Assembly: GCA_051362555.1 (NCBI GenBank)
Contig: CM120644.1
Span: 14,716,534 to 14,780,533, forward strand
Direction of reading: 5' to 3'
From: Lingula anatina
Lineage: Eukaryota > Animalia > Brachiopoda
DNA length: 64,000 bases
Shown here: piece after piece, positions 23,924 through 33,730 of the stretch
How the letters are laid out: every line of letters begins with the position of its first letter
How positions within the stretch are numbered: position 1 is the first letter of the stretch
Notes under the pieces: generated by a model
Told to the model about the DNA's origin: nothing
The model's database searches: none
Seen by the model: the letters and a program-made list of their open reading frames with translations, nothing else
Made by a program: the position numbers and the translations under genes

Positions 23924-24447
23924 TCCGATGTTTGTTTTGTCTTGCACAGCGCTAGAGAGCATATAGTTTACCGTTTGTCACTATATCTTATCAGCTATTC
24001 CGTTGTATACTACAGTGTACATGTACAGATATGTTATCTCAGTTTTTTAAATCCCTATTATTATGATGGGGAGTACTGTCCCATATTCAAACACTTTCAA
24101 TTTCGAGTGCTGGTGTTTATTGTTAGGGCCTATTTAAATCACACAGTGGACCTGGATGATTTACAACATGGTGTTCGGGCTATCTTTTATTCCTTTTGTG
24201 GGTAATTGTCGAAGCAAAGACAACACTATTATATATTTATAAACAGGTGTTTAAGAGATAGAGGTTCTCAACGAGAAGGCGTAATAAATGTAAAACATTT
24301 CTGTGCTCAATAAATCATTATTCTAAATGCAATCCAAGGTACAGCGTATGATAGAAGTACTAGTATAAACAAAACAACATGATAACACAACATCTCTCAA
24401 CATTTTTCTTTGGTTAAATTTTTTTTAGTGAAAAGCTGTATAAGCAG

Positions 24448-24521
24448 GGCCTGATAGCTTAGTTGGTAAGAGCATCGTGCTAATAATTCGAATGTTCTCG
24501 TTTCAGGCACCAGTCGGTCCA
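24448..24521 (+). pseudogene. tRNA-Ile(AAT) pseudogene
   Basis: Paralog of 11629-11702; acceptor stem ggcctga/tcggtcc nearly intact, T arm degenerate. Confidence 0.8.
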
Positions 24522-24595
24522 CAGTCTTTTTCTCGTTATTTGTTGTCTAATTTTCACCTTTAAACAACTGCTCCATTCTTATTGTTCAGGGCCTG

Positions 24596-24747
24596 GGCCC
24601 GTAACTCGAGTGCTTCGCGCATTGCGATGGAGCGCAAGAGTCTCGATTCCATAACCCCCATATGGGGCGAGTATGTCCATGGGCGAGTTATGGAATCGAG
24701 ACACCTGCGCTCGGTCGCAATGTGCAATGTTTTCGAGTTACGTGGAC
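24596..24747. mobile_element. Harbinger-type MITE with CTG TSD (copy of 11777-11928)
   Basis: Same TIRs and CTG flanks. Confidence 0.85.
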
Positions 24748-25948
24748 CTGTTTAACAAGCACTCACTGCAGAGCGCAAATACGGTTACTTGGACGAAAAA
24801 CTGCATCGACTGCGAATTGCACATTGGATGCACATGCACACTTAAGTAGCCCTCTACTATTCCGATAGGCCTAACTTTCCGAAAACGCAATTTGTAGACT
24901 CGCTGCTTTAGATGAGGCAAACAATCACAATGGCGGTGCTTGTAACCTAAAACAATCACACACACATAATTTTCCCAAAGAAGGTGTGTTTTGATTGTGT
25001 CTTGACGATTAAAAAAATTTAAAAAAAAAACATTACTTCCATACGCATTTTACTGAGTAATTTGTCTGATAATTCAAATGACAGTTGGTGCCAATATACC
25101 TAGTGCAAACTGACGTATAGTCCTGATGCTTGAGCAATGGATTGGGAGTCAGGCACTAACCAACCAGTGTGGTTAGTTACAGGTCAACCCTTCTCCGACA
25201 ACACGCAGAGGGTGGAGCAGTCTTTGGAGGTCATCCACTAACAGTGGCGTGACAGGCTGCGATGATAATGTTGATTATCATAGAAGTTGTATAAGGAACC
25301 GTAATCCCGAATCCCGTCGTCATTTTTATGCCCCTATTTATAACTTTGTTTTGAAGAATATTTATAAAATTCCGCTTATTTATATGGTTTTTGTTGCTAT
25401 TAAATGATTTTTTCGGTGGATCCCAGCTGCTGTCCTTTTATCATGTAACATTTGATCGATGTGTAATAGAATTATATTACTCCGCCCACCACATCGGATT
25501 CTTTCTACCAGCTGCGTGTCATGATCTTAGTAGCAGATGAATATTTTATTGCTTTAGCCTTTTATGGATTTGTTGCAATCTCTGTAACTTTGCTTCAAAA
25601 CTGTACCTAAGAATACTGGCACACAGAAATGAAGACAGAAATTGAGGATAATTACGCACCTCAAATCAGTTCCTCCCCTACCCTCAAACCTAGATCAACA
25701 TCAAATCATTTATTTTATTTATTTCTTAATTTTATTTCATTTTATTTTATTTTATTTTATTGTTAAGATCAGGTTGAATTCAGATCAGGTTTGTATTTAA
25801 ACTCTGTTCTTCAGGGCACAATTCCAATTTTAACAAATCTACGTTAACAAATTGTTAGTTTTTAAACATGTTGAAACTTTTATTAACAATAAAAACAAAC
25901 AATGCCAATCCTTGTCACAATGCTAAACAACCCAGAAAGATGACTAAT

Positions 25949-25955
25949 TATATAT

Positions 25956-26042
<87 letters not shown>
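25949..26042. repeat. (TA)n microsatellite at the right boundary of the 13-kb duplication
   Basis: ~47 TA units; the paralogous site at ~12944 has only ~5. Confidence 0.97.
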
Positions 26043-26044
<2 letters not shown>

Positions 26045-26312
26045 CCTTTAATATTTGATGACCAGTATGCCAACATTTTGTAGCATTTGTGTCACTGGGA
26101 CCACGAACGTATTGATCTAACCCTCAGCACTGGTGGCATATAAGAATTGTTAGCTGTGGCTTAACAGTTTTAACTCAGAATACGGAGCATTTGTGTGTAT
26201 TTTATATTGCAAACATTAACCGTTACCTAGATATAGACTCTTTTTAAATAAAAAAAACTGTGATTCTCAGAAAGGAGAACTGAGGCGTATATTTTATATG
26301 TACATGTATGTA

Positions 26313-26561
26313 CACACAGTGGACAATAGAAGTGTCATCCCTACTTAACCAATACTTTGGGGGAGATAAATGACTGTGGAATGATATGTTCCTGGTATCA
26401 TTTTATTAACATCAAATTTCACAAAAGAAACGCTTCTTACTGAACAATTCAACTGTACTATATCGATATTCTGACATTGCTTATATTATATTCCGCCTCT
26501 TCAGGTTAATAACTTTGATTACTCTGATTCAGGGGGTGACACTTCTATTGTCCAGTGTGTG
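26313..26561. mobile_element. Tc1/mariner-type MITE (TA TSD)
   Basis: TA|cacacagtggacaatagaagtgtcatccc ... gggtgacacttctattgtccagtgtgtg|TA; absent at the paralogous site ~4370. Confidence 0.88.
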
Positions 26562-27038
26562 TATATCACTTTGAGTACAGGACGAATTGTGTTAAGTGGG
26601 TCTCGGATGAGAGATGGATAGTTGTGAAATACAGAAAGTAAATTTTAAGATGCTGCCAACGCCACCCGACAAACATTCAAAACTGGATAATATTAAGTAT
26701 TCAATAATCTCCCTTTCAGACTCGCAACAGTATCGTCTGCTTTTCCGAATAAAAAAGGGACTGTTTCCCAGGTAAACGACCGGATGTATTTTAATATTAT
26801 ATGATTAATAATGAAATTGGTTCAGTACACATATTAGTGAAGTCGTATGTTTTGAATTATTTAGTATTTTACTACAATGTGTTTCTGAGTCTGTTCTTTT
26901 TCTTTAAGTCTCCAACCTCTGTACGTGCGGTGAGTGAAAAAAAAGCAGTTGAATTACATTTTCCATGCACATAAATAATTACTTTAATTTTTCTTGTAAC
27001 TGCGGCATAACTTATATTTATCCACACATCTAGATCTC

Positions 27039-28127
27039 TTATTTTTGACTACAGTTTGAAACTCTCTGTTTTTCAAAATCATACAAAACACTCCAAATTT
27101 TAAAGTCAGGGACCTTGTGAATGGCCAACAGCATTGAGAGAAGACAAGTATCATTCTTTAATTTTGGGGGTACTGTCATCCGAAATTTTGGATTGTGGAC
27201 AAGTTTGATCCCGTTTTCGTGCGCCAGTATGGCCAGGTACACGTCTTCAATGAAGAGATGTTTCCAAAACGAAGCTGAATGGAGGACTCTGATGACTTCG
27301 AATGAGGCTACTGTAGCAAAGCCCGAAAGGTAAGCCGGATATTTACTTTCACTATACTGAGTAAGTGACTGAAAATATTTCTGTTTTGGATTTCGAAAAG
27401 GAAGATTCCCTTTCGAATGTAAATAGCCTGTGAATAATGTTTCCGTCTTAAATTTTGGAAGATCTTTCAAGTACCTGATAATCTGGCGGTAATTTGCGAT
27501 AACATCGTGCCCGCACCTTAAGACAAATTTCGCACCTGCGCAGTAATCAATGGTCCATCGCATGGCCAGTAGTGTCTTTAGAGTGAAATTCTTGTAGGTG
27601 TCGTTAAATGTCATTTTGATGATATCTCTGTGTTCAGAGTTTTCTTCTAATATCCCACGTTCAACGTCTGAATCATTTGTTTGACCGACGACAAATACAG
27701 TTTTTATTTTCTCTCCAAGAACGTCTTTAACGCTCCCACACGTCTTTCGGTACATGTCCCTGGTGATAAAATCACGAGGATCTGACACAACTAACACTAG
27801 GAGAAATACGTTCTCTGTATCCCTGCAAGGGCTGTTTATTATGTACTTGTATCTTTTAATATGGTACCACAGGTCAGAATCACTTTTCTTTAGTTTACAT
27901 ACAATCTCCGGTACCATGCAATCCCCAAGACTAATCTGTTTTGTGTCCTCTTTAACTAATTCTCCTGCATGTCTCCTGCTGATATTTTCAGTAGGTTCCA
28001 TCTTATTATTTCCACCTTCACCTTCTTTTTGGACGGAGATGTCGCCATTCCTTGTGCAGTTCCAAAGAAAATATATCGCCAGAATATTGATAATCACTAA
28101 TGATAAGAAGATACCCGAGGTCTTCAT
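27039..28127 (-). CDS. GT31 beta-1,3-galactosyltransferase-like, paralog C (362 aa, shorter C-terminal tail)
   Basis: Intact ORF with the same motifs; polypyrimidine acceptor ctctccctgcttgtgcag lies upstream of MKT. Confidence 0.9.
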   Translation of the reverse strand: MKTSGIFLSLVIINILAIYFLWNCTRNGDISVQKEGEGGNNKMEPTENISRRHAGELVKEDTKQISLGDCMVPEIVCKLKKSDSDLWYHIKRYKYIINSPCRDTENVFLLVLVVSDPRDFITRDMYRKTCGSVKDVLGEKIKTVFVVGQTNDSDVERGILEENSEHRDIIKMTFNDTYKNFTLKTLLAMRWTIDYCAGAKFVLRCGHDVIANYRQIIRYLKDLPKFKTETLFTGYLHSKGNLPFRNPKQKYFQSLTQYSESKYPAYLSGFATVASFEVIRVLHSASFWKHLFIEDVYLAILAHENGIKLVHNPKFRMTVPPKLKNDTCLLSMLLAIHKVPDFKIWSVLYDFEKQRVSNCSQK

Positions 28128-28520
28128 TCCACTGTTTGTTTTGCCCTGCACAAGCAGGGAGAGCAAATATACAGCATATAGAGAGCATATATGATCCTGT
28201 TTGTCACTATACCTCATCAGCTATTCCGTTATATACCGTGTACATGTACAAGTGTAGTAATTATGTTATTTCCGTTTGTCTAGTCCCTTATATTATAATG
28301 AGGAGCACTGTCCGATATTCAAACACTCACAATTTCGAGTGCTGATGTTCAATGTTATTTAAATGACGTGAAAGTTTATTCTTTATTTATTGGTTATTTG
28401 CGAAGCAAAGACGACACTATAAAACATTAATAAACAGGGCCCGCAACTCGAAAGCATCACGTATTGCGAATAGCGATATCACATAGAGGCTACAATGTAT
28501 TATATGGGGCGAGTAAATCC

Positions 28521-29214
28521 TACCCTCTACCAGGGCGAGTGATAGATTTTTTACAGATATTCACAGATATGTCTCTAGCTAGATAGATGGTCATTTAGGG
28601 CTCAACTCACCCTGTTGAGGAATCCCATGTGGAAACAATTATCTCTGCGCGCGCGCCAAAGGCTTTGTACTTGCTCTGCATGAGCTGAGCTTCACAACGA
28701 TGTGATAACTGCTCGTTACGCAACCAGTCTAAAGCTTTTTTTATCTGTCACAGAAGAGCAAGTGATTGAAGTCAGAGTAATTAACTGTCTTGTTTGCTGT
28801 CACACAGACTTAGTAGACTGGACCTGCTAATACCCCCTTGACACTGGACGGCGTCCTTTCTGCGTCCTTTCTGCGACCATGAAATTTGGCATTGCTGTGG
28901 TCTTAATAAGGAGGCACGAGCATTGATTTTGTATCAGAATGAATGCTCAATGATCGGCCAGTTGTCGGCACGTAAAGTATTATAATTTTTTAACTCTCAA
29001 ATGGGGCCGTACTGCTGGACGCAGAAAGGACGCCATCCAGTGTAAAGGGGGCTTAAGTGGCAGTGCCTGAGCAGTTATGCAAACAATTATCAGCCATGCA
29101 ATCAGCCTTGAGATTTCTCAACAGGGTGAGTTGAGCCCTAAATGACCATCTATCTAGCTAGAGACATATCTGTGAATATCTGTAAAAAACCTATCACTCG
29201 CCTGGTAGAGGGTA
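28521..29214. mobile_element. Non-autonomous DNA transposon with ~100-bp TIRs and a 9-bp TSD (Mutator-like)
   Basis: AGTAAATCC at 28512-28520 and 29215-29223; TIR taccctctacca(g)ggcgagtgatag...ctcaccctgttgag. Confidence 0.9.
28831..29053. mobile_element. Harbinger-type MITE (TAA TSD), innermost element of the nest
   Basis: TAA|tacccccttgacactggacggcgtcctttctgcgtcc ... ggacgcagaaaggacgccatccagtgtaaagggggct|TAA. Confidence 0.85.
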
Positions 29215-29503
29215 AGTAAATCCCGAGTTATGGAATCGAGACGCTTGCGTACGGTCGCAATGCGCGATGCTTTCGAGTTACGGGGCCCTGGTGTATTCAT
29301 GTGAGATGAGGTTCTCAACGAGAAGGCGTAACAAATGTAAAACAATGTGCTCAATAAATCATTATTATAAAAATTTATGCAATTCAAAGTACGGCGTATG
29401 ATAGAAGTACTAGTATAAACAAAACAATATGATAAGACAACATCTCTCAACATTTTCCTTTGGTAAAAAAAAACAATTTTTTCGTGAAAAGCTGTATAAA
29501 CAG

Positions 29504-29572
29504 GGCCTGATAGCTCAGTTGGTTAGAGCATCATGCTAATAACGCGAATGTCCTTGGTTCCCAGTCAAGCCA
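29504..29572 (+). pseudogene. tRNA-Ile(AAT) pseudogene with a T-loop deletion
   Basis: GGCCTGATAGCTCAGTTGGTTAGAGCATCATGCTAATAACGCG..GGTTC-CCAGTCAAGCCA. Confidence 0.8.
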
Positions 29573-29646
29573 CAGTCCTTTTCTTGTTATTTGTTGTCTT
29601 ATTTTCACTTTTAAACAACTGCTCCATTCTCATTGTTCAGGACCTG

Positions 29647-29798
29647 TGCCCGTAACTCGAGTGCTTCGCGCGTTGCGACGGAGCGCAAGAGTCTCGATTC
29701 CATAACCCCCTTATGGGGCGAGTAGGCCTGTGGGCGAGTTATGGAATCGAGACGCTTGCGCTCGGTCGCAATGTGCAATGTTTTCGAGTTACGTGGAC
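29647..29798. mobile_element. Harbinger-type MITE with CTG TSD (paralog of 11777-11928)
   Basis: Same element at the same paralogous site. Confidence 0.85.
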
Positions 29799-31622
29799 CT
29801 GTTTAACAAGCACTCAATGCAGAGCGCAAATACGGTTACTTGGAGGAAAAACTGCATCGACTGCGAATTGCTAATTGGATGTACATGCACACTTTGGTAG
29901 CCCTCTACTATTCCGATAGGCCTGACTTTCCGAAAACGCAATTTGTAGACTCGCTGCTTTAGATGAGGCAAACAATCACAATGGCGGTGCTTGTAACCGC
30001 TAAAACAATCACACACACTTAATTTTCCCAAAGAAGGTGTGTTTTGATTGTGTCTTGACGATTGAAAAATAAAAAACATTACTTCCATACGCATTTTACT
30101 GAGTAATTTGTCTGATAATTCAAAGGACAGTTGGTGCCAATATACCTAGTGCAAACTGACGTATAGTCCTGATGCTTGAGCAATTGGGAGTCAGGCACTA
30201 ACCAACCAGTGTGGTTAGTTACAGGTCAACCCCACTCCGACAACACGCAGAGGGTGGAGCAGTCTTTGGAGGTCATCCACTAACAGTGGCGTGACAGGCT
30301 GCGATGATAATGTTGATTATCATAGAAGTTATATAAGGAACCGTAATACGGGGGCTCCATCGACAAGACGAATCCCGTCGTCATTTTTATGCCCCTATTT
30401 ATAGCTCTGTTTTGTAGAATATTTATAAAATTCCGCTCATTTATAGGGTTTTTGTTGCTATTAAATGATTTTTCGGTAGATCCCAGCTGCTGTCTATTTT
30501 TTCATGCAACATTTGATCGATGTGTAATAGAATTATATTACTCCGCCCACCACATCGGATTCTTTCTACCAGCTGCGTGTCTTAATCTTGGTAGCAGATT
30601 AATATTTTATTCCTTTAACCTTTTATGGATTAGTCGCAATTTCTGTAGCTTTGCTTCAAAACTGTTCCCAAGAATACTGGTACGCAGAAATGAAGATAGA
30701 AAATAAGGGCTACATGTATTACGCTCTTCCTCTGCCCCCAAAACCGAGATCAACATCAAATTATTTTCACATTTATTTTATTTTATTTTATTTTATCTTA
30801 ATTTATTTTGTTGTAAAGATCCGTTGAATTCAGCTCAGGTAAATGTTTATGGGGCTGCTCAGAATAAGCTAGACCGACCAAGGAAGTGAGAGCCAACTCC
30901 ACGGGGATTCTGCTGAATACAATCAGATTAAGAGAACAACACGCCCCCTCCTCCTGGCGTTGGGTAGAATATAAAGAACCTGGTAATTGTACGAGTGCTT
31001 TGATTTTACACGAGGATGATGACATTGTAGATATTTTTTATTGCAGGAAAAAATCGCTCCTGTGCTCCCCCCCCCCTCGATCCTTAACCCACCCACGATC
31101 TAATTTCTTTAAAGGTCTTACTCCTCACGTGACCCACCAACTACCTAGTAACCACAAATTGATCTCCAGAATTTAAGTAGCCAAAGACATATTTGCAGAA
31201 CAGGAAATCAATGCAGCTGTAGAAGGAAAAGATATTTTGGGGGATAGGAAATAATAAATGAATAAATAAGATATGAACTGATATCCCCAAAAAATACCAC
31301 AACCAAAAGATGACGTCTCCAGAAGTTTGGGAAGTCACCCTCCACTTCCTGCAAAAAGAAATATTGAATAGAATATATAGAAAAATTATATGTCTTTGGT
31401 ATGGGAAGCGCGTGAAAGGATGTCTAGCAAAGTGAGGCTATAAACAAACAAATGAAATAAATAAATAAATAAATAAATATTTGAAAAAAAAAAAAAAAAA
31501 AAAACACTACAAATACTTAACTGAAATATCACCTTCACTTGCACCTTGAATGAATAAATAGTTTATTCGCCCAAGCTTGCAACCAGGCAACTTACCACAA
31601 AAAAAAAATAATAATAATAAAA

Positions 31623-31657
<35 letters not shown>

Positions 31658-32926
31658 AATATAAAAAAACTTGCAAGAAATTATTCTGTTAATTTTAAAG
31701 ATATACTCCTTTTTTTTCATCGTCCAAAAGAGGTGATTAAAGATTAATTAATGAATAACAGCTGATCCAATGATCTTGACTTGTAAGGAAACAAAAAATA
31801 ATTCTGAGCGGCCATCCTTTGAGCTTGATTGACTCAGTTGGGAAATGCATGAATTTGCCAGCACCCCTGTATGCGTGGATTTTAAAGTAATCATATTTTG
31901 TTTCCTGCTTTCATTTTCCATATTATCGAATATTTCCCTAAAAATGACTTTAAAAAGCATGCTGGTATAGCAGAAGACTCCTTTTAGGGATTTTTTATTA
32001 TGAAAATACTTATCGACAGTCACTTTTCTCTTGTTACTAAATGAGAAGTTAAAATGGCATATGATTCGCACAGACCAATTTTACTTGAAATCGACAGCAT
32101 GAATCTTAAATTTAACAGAACGTGTCTTAGTACATTTTCTGTATGCTTCAGAGTCTTCAAAATTTCCCGAACAGGAATTAAAATAGCTGCTCTGGCGATT
32201 GCTAAATTCCCAAAACTGAAATGATTTTTTTTTTTATCCCCAAAATGCTACTTTGACGTCATCGGTGAATGTGAGCATGATCAGTAAGACCTTCAAAAAT
32301 CGTATATATGTCAATTATCTACAACCACATTTTTTCAAACATTTGTTCTCGGTAACAGTTGAGTGATTTTGGGTCCAGTGCCGACCCCCCTCCCCCCATC
32401 CTCCCTTCCATACGTCCCGCCCTAGAACGCCTTCAGTGAGCCCGCCGCCGCCGCTGTTTGGGACCTAAATCCCTCCCCGCAGTGACATCCCTTATTGATC
32501 CACTGCTCGGCGTGTTTCCATTAAGGGTGATATCATTAATTGAATTAACATTGGTCAGACCTAATGCAATTAAAACACATATAATGGAGTACACGGGGAT
32601 CGATCCGCTCGATCCGCGTTCCTTGGAGAGACGCGCTTCTTCCCAAGCTGTAAGTGGTGTAATGTCATCGATCGGGAATGGATGGGAGAAGACAAAGAAA
32701 GAGATGAGAAAAGTCCTTTTCAGGATATGGGGCGTCGATGTCAGCTGGCGAATGGCTTTATTTTTCTGTTGAATTATAATATAGGCCGATTCCTTTCATT
32801 GCAGAAATATTTTACTCGTTCTCTGTGTTTGGATTAGTTTTTATGAACAGTGAAAATCACAACTTCAGTATTTTTGAAATTTATACGCACTCAGAGGCAA
32901 GCAATAATATTAGAATTTTTCAATCA

Positions 32927-32928
32927 TC

Positions 32929-32980
<52 letters not shown>
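32927..32980. repeat. (CT)n microsatellite
   Basis: Direct inspection. Confidence 0.95.
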
Positions 32981-32981
<1 letters not shown>

Positions 32982-33539
32982 ACATTGCATAATTTTGAGT
33001 ACGACACTAACGCACGCCCATGCAGGCACACACACTCACAAACACGCACGCACACACTTCTATACGCCACGCGGAAAACACTGAAACGATTCCCGTAATG
33101 CAGCAAGAGAACATCACTGAGGATCAATGCTATGGCAAACATTCAGAGGGCGAATTATCGGCGCAAATGGACTCCGCTATGTCCTCTGCCAATGTTGCTA
33201 AAAACATTCTGAGATGTACGACGTGTATATATATGTATATTGGGTGAGTGACCGAGTTGATCATCATAGGGTTGGGGGTTGAGGTGGTTGTGTGGAAGTG
33301 TTTGTTTGTGTTTGTGGGTGTGTGTGTGTGGGGGGGGGGGGGGGTACAGATTTCCGGAAAAAAACGTACACAAGTTTGATCATGACCATTGTTTGAAAGA
33401 AATTTTGGCATCTAAAAGGAACTCCGCTATGATCCTCTTGATTCTCTGCCTCTGCCTCATATGTAGCTGTTCTTTCCCAAGATGATCCAGGATCTTACTG
33501 ATATAAAGTTATACGTGATATATCATTATCACCTCTTTA

Positions 33540-33575
<36 letters not shown>

Positions 33576-33659
33576 ACACACACACACAGGCGCGCGCGCG
33601 CGCGCACATACACACACACCATTATATCTCCCCTCTGTCTGTCTGTCTGACTGACTCTC

Positions 33660-33728
<69 letters not shown>
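33540..33728. repeat. Compound (CT)n/(CA)n/(CG)n/(GT)n microsatellite
   Basis: Direct inspection. Confidence 0.95.

Positions 33729-33730
<2 letters not shown>

Larger units (their letters stand above)
13003..25955 (+). repeat. Tandem segmental duplication, unit 2
   Basis: Near-identical to 1-12953; homology ends at aagatgactaattatata, running into the (TA)n tract. Confidence 0.97.
28438..29287. mobile_element. Harbinger-type MITE (CWG target), outer element of a nest
   Basis: CAG|ggcccgcaactcgaaagcatcacgtattgcga ... tcgcaatgcgcgatgctttcgagttacggggcc|CTG; empty site taaaCAGgtgtattc at ~6450. Confidence 0.85.

Noticed and set aside
11629-29572. Calling the three tRNA-Ile copies functional tRNA genes
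   Set aside because: T arm/B box (GTTCRA) and stems are disrupted in every copy.
30330-30385. Minus-strand DDGIRLVDG resembling an SRCR domain start
   Set aside because: No following GRVEV/WGTVC motifs; stops follow.
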